Source of the DNA: a virus
IMG/VR virus record: IMGVR_UViG_3300013132_000040
Span: 12,318-76,317 of that record
DNA length: 64,000 nt
Strand: one strand, 5' to 3'
Under the pieces are notes generated by a model that saw only the letters and a list, made by a program, of their open reading frames with translations, did no database searches and was not told where the DNA came from. Made by a program: the position numbers and the translations under genes. How positions within the stretch are numbered: position 1 is the first letter of the stretch; each line of letters starts with the position of its first letter. Shown here piece after piece: positions 10,201 to 20,727 of this stretch.

Positions 10201-13200
10201 ATAGCGCAAGATGGTTACGCAATGGCTTCATCTTGGGCGTTGAAGTATAGATTGCCGTCTGGGCAGTTAGATCAAAGTGGGGTTTTTGACGAAAGGACTG
10301 CAGAAGCGGTAAAAAGTCTAAAAGTCTTAGCTGGATCAAGGTATGCGGACGGTATAGCTGATTCCGACTTTTTTTCTATATTGGGAAGTCAGATTCAATT
10401 CTGGGGTCTGACTACAGATATAAATGAAAATACCAGGAATCCTGGATCTTTTGATACGTCAGAATATAATTACCTAAGATATACAGCATACGCAAATAGG
10501 TATATGGATTTAAAAAATATATCCGACTCATCTACTCTTTACAACTATGTGGAAATGTCAGATTCTAGAAGGCCTGATATTGATCGAATTTCAGATGTGT
10601 TTTTAATCCAATACCCAAAAGTTTATAATTTTGACCATATTTCAGTAACACCATATCTCCTGGGCCAAGGTTCGAATATTAACATAGATTTTGTTGATGT
10701 TAGAAAAACCCGTGTAGATACCACACGTTTTACCGGCGATATGCTCAATAAGGCGTGGCAGTATTTTGAGATTGAAGAAAGAAGTGGCGGTGGGTCTGGG
10801 TGGGTGCCGGATAGTCCTAGGATTTTATGGGGACAAAATCCAGAATACTGGGGCTCCAATAATGTCAAGCAAACTACTTGGGACTACAGATATTGGAATG
10901 GCATTACTAAAACTCCAGTTAGTTACTCTGCATTACCGTTTGTTAGTGTAGAAAATGAAAAAGCATACATACGAATGCTCCAAAGAGCTTTGCAGGTTTA
11001 CCCAGATGGTATTTTTGGTCCTGCTACTGCCGCAGCTGCAAGGCGATGGAAGGTAACAAGGGCATCCCAGTGGGGTATACCGGTCGATAGTAACTGGGGT
11101 TTAATTTCTGCCGTCACCACTATACAGAAACTTCTTGGACTTCCGCAGGATGGTTTTTATGGTCCAGAAACAGAACGTGCCGTAATGAATTGGCAGGCAA
11201 ACTGGAATGGCGCAATGCCCGTAGACGGTTTTTGGGGTCCTATAACTCAAAAGTTTACTGACGAACTTTTTATTTTCTTAGGCGGGACACCAACAGTTGA
11301 AAGAATCCAAAGACATCTTCCTCAACCATATTTTGTATGGCCAGAAAATCTCCTGAGATCATACGATCCCGCCCAGGCCTTAATTCCCAGGGCTAATATA
11401 ACTGCACCAGTTGGTACTAGGACTGATGTTTCTTTGCCTCAAAATACTAGAAGTATTGGAAACACCATTATTGTAGGGGTATCTTCTACTCAAAGAGCTG
11501 GTATCGAGTACGGAAATCAACTTCAGCTTGGCATATCTGATATTACTGGATATGGAAGGGATTATGTTGGTTTCAGAACCCTTTCTGGGGAAGCTGCAGT
11601 TATAGATTATGAGGGTGTTGTAACTAAGGCATTTACGTTTTATGGAGATATTGGTCCTATACAGCTAAACCATAATTACGGGGAAACCGGTGCGCCGGGT
11701 CGATTGACGGATGTGGAGTGGGGAATCGATCCTATATCTGAGGTTTCTACAACAATTTTTCCTGGATTTGATCCTTCTTCTGTTGGTTTGTTTAGGATTG
11801 AAAGTAGTAACCCAAATGTAGAAGCTTTTATAACCCGAAACGGCAAAGTGTATCTTAGGACTAGTGAAGTCATAAATAATAATACATCAAATTACACAGA
11901 GGGCAGATGGTTACCCGGTCCGCCAGATCAGCCGCTCAACGGTAAAGTTTTTGCTATATCCAGTAGGAATCCGGATTCTGTATCCGAAATAGATACTCAA
12001 AAAAATCCAGTTTACGCCATGGACGAAAACGGTAGAATTTTTCCTGGGGTTGAAACAGGTTTTATTAGTAAAGCCGATGGCATAAAGCTTCTTTGTACGT
12101 TAGATGGGAAACCGATTGGAATACCCGTCATGCCTTCGGGTATAGGGGCCGAAGAATACCAAAGACATTACGTAGATATAGAATTAGAATCCTATGCTAC
12201 TTCCCCATTCGTAAATATAGGTTTTTACGATAAAAATCAAAAAGAATTTATTATAAATAAGGATGGTTCATCTAAGTTAAGTTATATAGAATATGTCAAA
12301 AGGGGTCCCCAAAATATATATATTGGCGTTGTTTCATCTGCTGAAGTTGTAGAAAAGAAAAACTTGCCTCAAGTTGTAGATGGATTGAATGAGCTCCCAT
12401 TTAAGTATGTAATGCCTGTTTACGGTTTGGTTTCAAAGACAAAAACCAAAATAGGTATTGAACCTATTAACTCTAACCTTGGCGCCACTGACATCTGGGG
12501 TGTGCCTATAAGGGTTGGGTCTTTTAACAGGAATATTAATTTACCGAGTTACTCTTCATCCCCGATTGTGGGTTGGCTATCCAAATACCAGGGTAGAACA
12601 GTACATGCCTTTTACTCGGTCCCTGAAGCTAATTTAAACTCATGGTCATCCATTTTTGGGCGTCCATACATTGACGTGAAGGGTGAGCATCCAAATCTCC
12701 TCCAAGAAGATGTACTTCAGGTGCGTCAGTTTCCGATTCTCTCTGTAACCGAACCAACTCAAAAGCCATCGCTATCCGATCCGGAAAGACCGGTATTAAA
12801 GGTTTGGACTCGTCAGTCAATTGACGATGAATGGACTGAACTAAAACGGTCTGATGTTATAGACTATAACCTCTCAAATGGATTGGTCTACTTACGTACC
12901 CCTTTGCCCCAAAAGGATTCAAATCTCATTAAAGTAGATTACACGACCGTAAGTCGCGTCTACACTGCTAAGTCAGCAAATGGGCAAAAAGTTAATTTAA
13001 ACCCGTATTTAAAAATACGTGAAGACATGATTGGTGTACCGGTGTATGTTTACTTGGTTCCTGAGTATGTAAAAAATGAAGATATGGAAATTATTGACGA
13101 ATCAACAAATTCTTCTACCGTAAAGATTACAACAGATAATTCGGAAATCAACCCTTATGACCCATTTTATAACCCTCTCGCCGTACAGCTTGGTGTAATT

Positions 13201-13512
13201 TTTGTTTCCGCAACTGCGCGTGTTGACGACTTGGTTGTGCTCGACACCAGAAAAAGGGGCGGTGGTGCAGTTGATTCATTAAAAACCGCTGAGATATTTA
13301 ACGAAAATACTTCAGCTTTGTCCTATTGGGATGTTGGTTTTGGTGCGGGGAATACATTCCAAACTGGAGGCTTTGTTGTAATTCGTCTCCCCAAGATGCT
13401 AAAAGTTGTTTTTCCTGATACTAAAGAGGTAGAGCAAATTATCAGGAGGAACATTTCCGCTGGTGTTGAGTTTGTTTTGGAAGATCTAGAAGGGCGTCCG
13501 TGGGATGAATAG
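7225..13512 (+). CDS. Giant virion structural protein with internal peptidoglycan-binding (PG_binding_1-like) domains
   Basis: QGSSGEVVRFIQYSL...GVFDERTAEAVK...DGIAD; LQRALQVYPDGIFGPATAAA; IQKLLGLPQDGFYGPETERAVMNWQ...VDGFWGPIT; C-terminal LDTRKRGGG; translationally coupled within the structural operon. Confidence 0.7.
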   Translation: MEKFENVTSTGNEKAIRRGNSVPEGDINIAWVKSPTFSPQNSMVVLDTSNLVLENSGDQSSVSKFAYANHLGILQDEFGNELFFDEYPAVTDEFSVEENYDISEDNEFSEGYIFAYKHVSRYFHVDQEDLVQGSEPLTLQKEKIIVEDEDGNEYVDLNNKKRYKVKLLKSDEYLETQDRTIGVYRIWVFIDTDINESLYLRYNKAELSSDGKYIKNQKTDYREILNPQPYFSYVPEETDVTDLGSLNKKIYSTKSTSQKEQIIGIPRSSSEGYKVYVPRKAIQDPRLFQTFRWRIKADFQERYTIDPENQPKVIRAGVLISNNSIYPRRLSDLENQGPGIQYNYLQPPTNFPYVFYNLEKSDYNPSGAKIVNPLSEDRGYTIVEDIDPAVQSPTDGNALYNSPSFTWKGNITAPLKRVSGEGAKEYASYWIVNFDTVTDEELRKFDILFLDPTQFPADLSKYTGKIYRFTREFGGLLYIPLGGYGRKVGLGPTTTLPIHPYTGVFASSTFASGVSNADKSFGLGDTIAPRITSDELFNGLNQYGGWDFDSDSYASVSPFKFHPSVLYTKERSYVQFINSAEDAATNDGLEYWKTLFEVNERAASSVPGQITTPVVKKYPVTLIKRFASGGSIIYDTQNIIAECAKLEDSVNIAPRRLQIPSYFQQINSGRFEGSYKFAWNSILATIKSRPLDSSDQSSYVSSWSFETEWKPSWVINGGVLKTAEKTKYSFNYEPEDLNSPNTFAWRRKLAYGLNSASYPIFKTIKEIVDEQIVKEMGQQFLLNISGSSRKYSIEVTNANVKVPVTLVDDMYPYAWTNEYSPTLLIPEGFGPHIVREDPIMAQYSSGQYIDKSYPPNKFAVKVKASYRETAQSTKRETTTILARYRGKEILPNGFIYSHVFLPRTWTEHGSNQLLFNRFNKAWGAPRPNSILSRNELFLSQTTAYPFAGIAGSYSQGSSGEVVRFIQYSLNKLHEIIGLHLNRGVNGPIPDGMIAQDGYAMASSWALKYRLPSGQLDQSGVFDERTAEAVKSLKVLAGSRYADGIADSDFFSILGSQIQFWGLTTDINENTRNPGSFDTSEYNYLRYTAYANRYMDLKNISDSSTLYNYVEMSDSRRPDIDRISDVFLIQYPKVYNFDHISVTPYLLGQGSNINIDFVDVRKTRVDTTRFTGDMLNKAWQYFEIEERSGGGSGWVPDSPRILWGQNPEYWGSNNVKQTTWDYRYWNGITKTPVSYSALPFVSVENEKAYIRMLQRALQVYPDGIFGPATAAAARRWKVTRASQWGIPVDSNWGLISAVTTIQKLLGLPQDGFYGPETERAVMNWQANWNGAMPVDGFWGPITQKFTDELFIFLGGTPTVERIQRHLPQPYFVWPENLLRSYDPAQALIPRANITAPVGTRTDVSLPQNTRSIGNTIIVGVSSTQRAGIEYGNQLQLGISDITGYGRDYVGFRTLSGEAAVIDYEGVVTKAFTFYGDIGPIQLNHNYGETGAPGRLTDVEWGIDPISEVSTTIFPGFDPSSVGLFRIESSNPNVEAFITRNGKVYLRTSEVINNNTSNYTEGRWLPGPPDQPLNGKVFAISSRNPDSVSEIDTQKNPVYAMDENGRIFPGVETGFISKADGIKLLCTLDGKPIGIPVMPSGIGAEEYQRHYVDIELESYATSPFVNIGFYDKNQKEFIINKDGSSKLSYIEYVKRGPQNIYIGVVSSAEVVEKKNLPQVVDGLNELPFKYVMPVYGLVSKTKTKIGIEPINSNLGATDIWGVPIRVGSFNRNINLPSYSSSPIVGWLSKYQGRTVHAFYSVPEANLNSWSSIFGRPYIDVKGEHPNLLQEDVLQVRQFPILSVTEPTQKPSLSDPERPVLKVWTRQSIDDEWTELKRSDVIDYNLSNGLVYLRTPLPQKDSNLIKVDYTTVSRVYTAKSANGQKVNLNPYLKIREDMIGVPVYVYLVPEYVKNEDMEIIDESTNSSTVKITTDNSEINPYDPFYNPLAVQLGVIFVSATARVDDLVVLDTRKRGGGAVDSLKTAEIFNENTSALSYWDVGFGAGNTFQTGGFVVIRLPKMLKVVFPDTKEVEQIIRRNISAGVEFVLEDLEGRPWDE

Positions 13513-16390
13513 ATTCCTTAATGATGGGATATCCATAGAGGGGGCCTCCCAGGTTGAGAAAGCGGCCTACCTGCTCAGAGGTGCAAACGTTGATAAAGCC
13601 TCTTTAAGTAATTTGGCCACAAAATTAAATAATACTTCGATGTTTACTAACGCTATTTTAGCTTCAATAAAAAAGGGATCAATTGCTTCCGGTGTTGGTT
13701 TGGCAAACATATTTAGCGAAGTTTATTCTAGGTTAGAAAATCTTTTTGCCACGTCTAACGCCGTATCTCTTTTAATGAGTAATACGGCTGAGATTTTGTC
13801 GCAAGAAATCAAAAAGCTTGAAGAAGAATTATTCTCTTTAGAGAAAAACGTTAATAATTATGGATTCTTACTGGCGGATGGCAACGCATATGATTCCGTT
13901 TTCTTTGAGTCATTTTCTGACCAATTATACCAAGATCTAATTGATCCGTCTAATATTAGATTGAGCGATAGATCTGGAGTGGATTTTTCGGCCAATGAAA
14001 TAGGTTTTATAGATAAGTCAGAAGGAATTTTAACATTACCAAAAAATTCGAATAGAGAGTATCCTCTAAAGGCTACTGTTTACGCCAGTAATTGTGCCGC
14101 TTTTCTTTCAAACCCAATATCCACTACGTCTATAGCAAACACTGTTGACTACTTAAATAGCAATGGTTGGAGACCAGTAGTTGAGTCTCCGGTTATAATA
14201 GATAGTTCTTTGAATGCTTTCGGTAATCTTTATGGTGGTAACGCTAAGTATTCTGGTGCGCAGTTTATCTTAGAGTATTTAATGGACGATGAGAGCCCGG
14301 CTGACACCATACTGATTGAGCCATTAAGTGATTACTCTTTTGATTTAGTTCAAGTCTTAGGGTTCTCAAGCGACACTGATCAGGTGGGGGAGCCTTTGAT
14401 GGCTAAATCTGTAAAAATAGAAAAGACTTTTAATTTGTTCTTTCCAAAAAAATCTTTTAAAAAGTTTCATTTGTATATCAACCAAAAAGCATACACACGT
14501 GTTGCCAGTAATAGAAACATTGTTGAAGCAACAGCGGAACAAAGAGTAATGACTAAAGATGAATTATCAGCTAGCTTTTCGGACACCGCCTACGAAATTG
14601 ATACAAAGTATCCCGTAGTAGATTTGACCTCTTATTGGCAAAAAGTTTTACAAAACTTAGGCGGATCATTAAGTAGGGATGATTTTGAAATCCTTAGTCA
14701 AGGTTTGCCTTCGTATTGGACTCATGAAAACGGTTTAGTGCAAAATCAAACGGGCGTTTTTGAAGATAATGATGGAGTTTTTTATGGAAGAGATCAACAA
14801 GTTGACAAATCTGACGTTGATTATAGCTACCTTCAGGGCTTAATGGGCAGGTTTTTTGGCAATCAAGAAGGCTCTATAGGTTCATTTTTTAAAACAATTA
14901 TTTCTAATTATTATTATCAAAACTCCCCAACAACTGTAGCAGCTATTGGTTCAACAGAGCCAGAACTAAGATTTGCGCCTTACCCTAGAATTGGTGAGAA
15001 TGAAGCGGATCTGCAATCTTCAGTCATACAGGAGTCTGACGCTTACACCATCGGAGTGCCCGATGCTACAGGTTGGAATTCTCAGGTAAATTGGGATTTT
15101 TGGAACAATGGAGTTGTAAGGGACATCTTAAAGAAAGAAGACAGTCAGATTATTCCGCCTAGTTTAGTTTGGTCTGAAAAAGACGGAAAATGGGTAACAA
15201 GGCAAAGTCTCAATATTAAAGCGGGAGACGTAGGTGAGTATAGGGGTTTGCCCCACTATGGTGACACGCAAAAGTTAGAACAATACATGCAAGATGTTGG
15301 ACAAGTACAACGTGTGGACGAACCATATGAGCCATCTGCCGGTGGTGGAACAAAATATACGGTACCTTCGGTAAGTTATAACGAAGTCCTTATGCGTAAT
15401 AATAATTCTTATTCGTACAGATACACTATGGGACTAAAGTTTATCAAAGTGAAACTTTCAAACTATGCGCAGAGAGCGGTTTACATAAGCAGCTTAATTG
15501 ACACGATGGGTGACGTTTCGGAGGTAAAACTAAAATCTTCGGCTACAAATTTCATAGAAGAAAATACGTCTAATTCACTTACGTCGGTAGAATATTCTGT
15601 AACAACTAGTTTTGATTTTACAAACGAATCTTCATGGAAACCGATACTTCCAATAGAGAATTCCCTAGTTAGGGGGGAAAGGCTTTTCCCTGATTCAAGT
15701 GGCTTAGCCCAATTCCGTTTTAATGCTACTGGTGAAGGAATTTCTTTATATAAAAATGGTATTCAGTATTCTTACGCCGATGTTTCGTCTTTCTATGTAA
15801 AAAGGGATAATACTAACATTGTATATGGGTTAAAAATCCCACTTACCAAGTATACGTCAACTGATATTCTGACATGTGACTACGTGCCAACAGAAAATAA
15901 TTCTGTTATAAGTTTTGATAATTTTTCAAATCAAATAAATTCATATTTATCATATTATAACGAAGGTTTGCCAGGACAATCTTTTGAGGGATTAAATCAA
16001 ACTCAGTATCAACTAGATTTTATTCCTTACATAGATTACAATCAGGTAGAAACTTCTAGCTATTCGTTATATTTTGGTTTAAGCCCTTATACTCCAATTA
16101 GTATTTTATTTGACGATGGAAGTTACGCAATAAACTTAACCAACTACAAAAACAAAGATAGGCCTATACTGGATAGTTCTGATGAGCAATATTACTTTTT
16201 GCAATCTGGTAATGTAATTATATTCAATAAATCTGTTAATAAGAACTTTAGAGTATTTTACAATTTTTTGCCGAGCACATTTAGAGTAAGAGTAGTTTTA
16301 CGTAGTAATTATTTTGAATCGGTTAGTCCAAAAGTTGACTTTTATCAGATTAAAGCCAAGACTAGAAAACCTGATTCCCAGAGGTATTAA
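13505..16390 (+). CDS. Putative virion structural protein (N-terminal coiled coil, beta-rich body)
   Basis: 961-aa ORF overlapping the upstream gene; shares the C-terminal RVRVVLR...SPKVDFYQIK pattern with the next genes. Confidence 0.55.
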   Translation: MNRFLNDGISIEGASQVEKAAYLLRGANVDKASLSNLATKLNNTSMFTNAILASIKKGSIASGVGLANIFSEVYSRLENLFATSNAVSLLMSNTAEILSQEIKKLEEELFSLEKNVNNYGFLLADGNAYDSVFFESFSDQLYQDLIDPSNIRLSDRSGVDFSANEIGFIDKSEGILTLPKNSNREYPLKATVYASNCAAFLSNPISTTSIANTVDYLNSNGWRPVVESPVIIDSSLNAFGNLYGGNAKYSGAQFILEYLMDDESPADTILIEPLSDYSFDLVQVLGFSSDTDQVGEPLMAKSVKIEKTFNLFFPKKSFKKFHLYINQKAYTRVASNRNIVEATAEQRVMTKDELSASFSDTAYEIDTKYPVVDLTSYWQKVLQNLGGSLSRDDFEILSQGLPSYWTHENGLVQNQTGVFEDNDGVFYGRDQQVDKSDVDYSYLQGLMGRFFGNQEGSIGSFFKTIISNYYYQNSPTTVAAIGSTEPELRFAPYPRIGENEADLQSSVIQESDAYTIGVPDATGWNSQVNWDFWNNGVVRDILKKEDSQIIPPSLVWSEKDGKWVTRQSLNIKAGDVGEYRGLPHYGDTQKLEQYMQDVGQVQRVDEPYEPSAGGGTKYTVPSVSYNEVLMRNNNSYSYRYTMGLKFIKVKLSNYAQRAVYISSLIDTMGDVSEVKLKSSATNFIEENTSNSLTSVEYSVTTSFDFTNESSWKPILPIENSLVRGERLFPDSSGLAQFRFNATGEGISLYKNGIQYSYADVSSFYVKRDNTNIVYGLKIPLTKYTSTDILTCDYVPTENNSVISFDNFSNQINSYLSYYNEGLPGQSFEGLNQTQYQLDFIPYIDYNQVETSSYSLYFGLSPYTPISILFDDGSYAINLTNYKNKDRPILDSSDEQYYFLQSGNVIIFNKSVNKNFRVFYNFLPSTFRVRVVLRSNYFESVSPKVDFYQIKAKTRKPDSQRY

Positions 16391-16391
16391 G

Positions 16392-18254
16392 ATGACGCAG
16401 TTATATCCTTCCACAGAATATCAATCAAAAGCTGTAGCATTGATAATGGAGATGAAAAATTTAATTTTTGAATCTCAGTCTGAAGTTAATGCAGAAAAAA
16501 TTAACGCTAAATTTCGAGATATTCAGACTAGATTTTCCGCTTTAATTGGGAAACCGATGACCCAATATGAACCCTTTGTGCATGGTGAGCCAGCCAGGTC
16601 GTCGAAAGTAAATCGTTTTATTGAGAATTTACAAAAAGATTTAAATATCTTAGAAGAACAAATGACCTTGATTAAGGCAAGTGCTGTTCTGATTCATAAT
16701 ACAATGGTTGATCAAATTGATCAGGCAAAACACCAAAACGCCGCGGCTATTAATCAACTGAAAACATTACAACTTTACACGAGTGCACAGAACAGTGAAG
16801 TGACAATTTTTGGCGACTATTTTAAAAGTTCCAATCAAATTGATTATCAAGGCGTTGACGCAAAAAATAGAGCTTTAATTGAAGTTGAGGGTAGATTGAC
16901 CCTTGCTAAGGATAATATATCTGAAAAAAATTCTTTAAGTTCTGCTTCTATGAAGATTTTGTCCACATCAAACGGTATTCCTGGTAGACTTATTGAAATT
17001 GAGGAAGTAACGCAAAGAACACCCACTAATCCGATAACACAGGAAAAACTTTATAGATTCAAGGCTCAAATAGACCCAAGGTCAAATATGCTTTTTATGG
17101 TAGATAACTCTCCTGCTACTTGGTTTGAGTACGAAAAGAATCTTGTTTCTGATGAAGATCGCCTTAAAGCAAATAATTTTAACTTCACTTACACAAATGC
17201 CATAAACAACACCGCTAAGGGTGTGGCCGAGGTTAATTATCCTGTCGGCTTAAATGAAAGCATTGATTGGGCGGATGGTCCGGCAAATAATGTATTGAAA
17301 CTTGATTTAGAATTTGACCTTAAAGCGGCAACCGCTGTTAATGAAATAACATATACACCGTTTGGCTTACTGGACAATTCAAGTCCACCGGTTTTAATTA
17401 AATTTGTTGAAACATCTTTGGATAAAAATAATTGGGAAACACTTTATCCAACTAATGTGTCTGTTGCCCAGGATTCAAATTTATATACGGCACGTTTTGC
17501 CGAACAGATAACTTCTGGTTCCGCCAGGTGGGATGTTAGAAGCGATACAATTAGATATATTAGGTTTCACATAGAGCAGCACAATTCATCGGACAGTAAG
17601 ATTGGCCACGTCTACTACACTACGCCGAGAAGGATTGTCCGGACCGCAAAGTTGGACCAGGCTACCCCCGTAATCGAAGAGAAGGTAGTTGGCGGAGAAA
17701 GAGCTAAAGGCCCAACCCCCACAACTACTGCTCCAACTAAATTTTATGATCCATCATTTTCTATTATAGATTCACCAAATTTGAATAGTTCTTCAGGTCT
17801 TGTTAAAAGAGTAGAAATTTTTGACGGTAAGCGTTGGTCAATTGGTATACGCGATATCAGCGCCACTAAGTGCCAGTATGTTAGTACTAGCTCTATGGTC
17901 AGCAAACCATTCAAGATAGCGGGTACGATAGATAGGGTTTCTTTAGATTCGAGTCTTTATATACCGGAAAGTTTTCCTTCAACGTCGCTTTGGGTAAGGT
18001 ATTATGTAAGCGCAGATAACGGGGTAAGCTGGGTGCCTATTTCTAGAATTCAAGACGATTACCTTGGTATACCCGAAGTCTTAGCCTTCAACGATACTAT
18101 ACCCGTCCAGTTTCGGGAGCAAAATGTTGGTTACTATACTGTTGCAGGTAGAGTTAACTCTTTGAGGGTGAAGATTGAATTGTCTAGACCTTCGGATCAA
18201 AAAAATAAAACACCAGTAGTTTACTGGTATAAATTAAAAATTACGAGAAAATAA
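16392..18254 (+). CDS. Putative virion structural protein
   Basis: ATG at 16392 after GAGG; N-terminal coiled coil; C-terminal LRVKIEL...TPVVYWYKLK similar to neighbours. Confidence 0.55.
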   Translation: MTQLYPSTEYQSKAVALIMEMKNLIFESQSEVNAEKINAKFRDIQTRFSALIGKPMTQYEPFVHGEPARSSKVNRFIENLQKDLNILEEQMTLIKASAVLIHNTMVDQIDQAKHQNAAAINQLKTLQLYTSAQNSEVTIFGDYFKSSNQIDYQGVDAKNRALIEVEGRLTLAKDNISEKNSLSSASMKILSTSNGIPGRLIEIEEVTQRTPTNPITQEKLYRFKAQIDPRSNMLFMVDNSPATWFEYEKNLVSDEDRLKANNFNFTYTNAINNTAKGVAEVNYPVGLNESIDWADGPANNVLKLDLEFDLKAATAVNEITYTPFGLLDNSSPPVLIKFVETSLDKNNWETLYPTNVSVAQDSNLYTARFAEQITSGSARWDVRSDTIRYIRFHIEQHNSSDSKIGHVYYTTPRRIVRTAKLDQATPVIEEKVVGGERAKGPTPTTTAPTKFYDPSFSIIDSPNLNSSSGLVKRVEIFDGKRWSIGIRDISATKCQYVSTSSMVSKPFKIAGTIDRVSLDSSLYIPESFPSTSLWVRYYVSADNGVSWVPISRIQDDYLGIPEVLAFNDTIPVQFREQNVGYYTVAGRVNSLRVKIELSRPSDQKNKTPVVYWYKLKITRK

Positions 18255-20392
18255 TGAGTATTTCTTCTATACATTTTCAAAAAATATTGAACTCTATTAG
18301 CCGATACTATTACAGTAGCGGTATTAGGCCAACAGAGCAACAGATAATGAGGGATATATCTAATTATTTTTCTGAAAACTCACTTGGTTCTCCATTGCGT
18401 TTTGCTTCTGGCATCTTTTCTGAAGACCTAATTGCCGATCCCGGCAATATGAACGATGCAGTCTCGAAAGCCATTGCTAATCTCGATTTATTGTATGAAT
18501 CGGTAGCACAGGAAGTAAGAGTCTCAATGGATCTCAGCACATACATGAATACCCAGCTTGAAAAATTGCGAATTAAAAGGAAAAAACTAACAGCACAAAT
18601 TGAAGAATATTTGTTTGCGAATGAAAACTCAGATGGCTATTTTTATAGTTTTCTAGATACATTTCCGGATTTAGATTATGTTGACTTAAATTTGACTAGT
18701 GCTTTTGTGGACATAAAGTCTGGGTCAGTAACCTTGCCGGTTAATGGTGATACCACTCAGGTTTTTCTTGGATCATCTGTTAAGTTTTTGAGTAGTGAAT
18801 TTTATGTTAATGGAGATCAAATAACTTCTGGTATTTCTAGGTCACCATTCGGGGGGTGCCTGGACGGATTAAGTAACACTTACTGGAGCGATGAAGTGGT
18901 CACGTCGACTCCATCAGAGGTTGTTTGTATTTTAGATTTGGAATTAAACGCCCCACTTATTTCTAGCGTGGAGTACACTCCATATGGTACATCTGAGTCT
19001 CAAGTTTTTGTTGAAGTTGGAGATTTTCAAAGAAATTTTCAATCTTTTGGTTCATCAATAAAAACAGGATTAGATAAAATGACATTTTCTTTAGAACAAG
19101 TTTCCGCTAGGCATGTTCGCATAACCATTAGGAAAACCACTTACGACTATATTGTTCAAGCTGACACGGGCGTTAAATATCATTACATATTAGGCGCAAA
19201 AGATATAGTTTTTATTGGGAAAAATTATGTTAATGATCGAATTTTTGTTAGTAAACCAATATCGGTTTCAAGCGATTTATTAAAAGATAATGTTCTAGAT
19301 GCCGTTGCCCTGAAGGTTGATGAAGACATTCCCGATTTTACGTCTATTGATTATTTTGTTGCGCTAGATAATGGAACAAATAATACTTCTGTTTTTGATT
19401 TTGACTGGAAAAAAATATCACCCTACACAGATGAGGGAAATGCATCTAACACGGTGGTTAGTTTTAATGGTTCTAGTAATATTTCTAAATATATAAGAAA
19501 AAATCCAGATTCAAAAGATTTAAGAATTATACCGGAGGATCGAAATAACCCTGACACTAGGATTCGGAATCCGTTTTTAAAAGATGCAGTTGAACTTTAT
19601 AGGCTTTGTGATTTTGGCCTTGAAAGACCATTGATACCATCATTAAGGCTGCAGGATGGGGTCAAGTGCCTTAAGGTTCTTTATACAAACTTTGATCAAG
19701 ATTCGTTATCTTTAGATTTTTGGGCAGATTATATAAATGGGTCAAAAACTGCCGAAATTATATACCCAAGAATAGATACCGCTAATGGCTTTTTTTGGGG
19801 TGGGGATATCGGAGAGAACAGTAAGAGTGTGTACATGGAAACAAAACTAGAATGCCCTAGTGCAAAAAGTGCGGGTGTGCAAAAATTTGTTAAGGTAGAT
19901 TTAAATTCGCAGTTGTGGGCTATCCGGATTTACCTAAATGGGACTCAAATCGGCGACCTTCCTGTTGGCGTGAACGAATTAAATATACCGTGGAATTTTG
20001 TTGAGGGAGAAAATACAATATCCATAACAGCTACTATACCCCGTGGTGGCGTGGTAGCCCGGCCTAACGAGGGCTCAATTCTTTTAATGCAAGATAATGA
20101 TTTGTCGGATTTTGGCTCTGTTAGGTTGGCAAATTGGAATTATGTGGATATTTTCGAGCTACTAAATAACTCAAACACAAATCAAAATTCATTTGCGATT
20201 TATAATGACGCGGACAAGGTCCAGCTAGTTACTAGAAAAAAACCATCTGATAATTATTTTTTGAGTTACTCTACCGCTACGAGTAGCGTAAATCAAAAAG
20301 TGAGGATTAGGGCTGATTTTAAAAGGCCCGATAATAAAACATCAATTGCTCCAGTCCTCAACTCCTATAGACTAAGGTTTAGGTACGCATAA
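18254..20392 (+). CDS. Putative virion structural protein
   Basis: TAATG coupling; C-terminal VRIRADF...APVLNSYRLR similar to neighbours. Confidence 0.55.
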   Translation: MSISSIHFQKILNSISRYYYSSGIRPTEQQIMRDISNYFSENSLGSPLRFASGIFSEDLIADPGNMNDAVSKAIANLDLLYESVAQEVRVSMDLSTYMNTQLEKLRIKRKKLTAQIEEYLFANENSDGYFYSFLDTFPDLDYVDLNLTSAFVDIKSGSVTLPVNGDTTQVFLGSSVKFLSSEFYVNGDQITSGISRSPFGGCLDGLSNTYWSDEVVTSTPSEVVCILDLELNAPLISSVEYTPYGTSESQVFVEVGDFQRNFQSFGSSIKTGLDKMTFSLEQVSARHVRITIRKTTYDYIVQADTGVKYHYILGAKDIVFIGKNYVNDRIFVSKPISVSSDLLKDNVLDAVALKVDEDIPDFTSIDYFVALDNGTNNTSVFDFDWKKISPYTDEGNASNTVVSFNGSSNISKYIRKNPDSKDLRIIPEDRNNPDTRIRNPFLKDAVELYRLCDFGLERPLIPSLRLQDGVKCLKVLYTNFDQDSLSLDFWADYINGSKTAEIIYPRIDTANGFFWGGDIGENSKSVYMETKLECPSAKSAGVQKFVKVDLNSQLWAIRIYLNGTQIGDLPVGVNELNIPWNFVEGENTISITATIPRGGVVARPNEGSILLMQDNDLSDFGSVRLANWNYVDIFELLNNSNTNQNSFAIYNDADKVQLVTRKKPSDNYFLSYSTATSSVNQKVRIRADFKRPDNKTSIAPVLNSYRLRFRYA

Positions 20393-20727
20393 TGAGTTTA
20401 TTCTATGATTTGGTAGACAGAAAAAAGTGGATTTATCAACCAAATTTTTCGAGGTCTAGACAAAGATACAGGGGAAATAGAGATAGCGCTAAAATTAACT
20501 TAGAAATTTCTCAGTTTGTTTTCGATGTTCATAACATTGACAAAAAAATAAAAGATTTACTACAAACCACCATGCGCTTTAATGCCTACGTTGTTCGTGG
20601 GGCAACCATTGAGGGTGCGCAATACTCTGGGACACAGGACAATCAGATGATTGGATTACTTGAAATGTCGTCTGAAATTGAGGATTTAAAAAATAGGATT
20701 CAGGAAATGGAGCGTAAGTATGTCTGA
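20392..20727 (+). CDS. Small coiled-coil protein in the structural operon
   Basis: TAATG coupling; N-terminal R-YRG-x-x-S motif resembles QHRGPATS of the next ORF. Confidence 0.55.
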   Translation: MSLFYDLVDRKKWIYQPNFSRSRQRYRGNRDSAKINLEISQFVFDVHNIDKKIKDLLQTTMRFNAYVVRGATIEGAQYSGTQDNQMIGLLEMSSEIEDLKNRIQEMERKYV

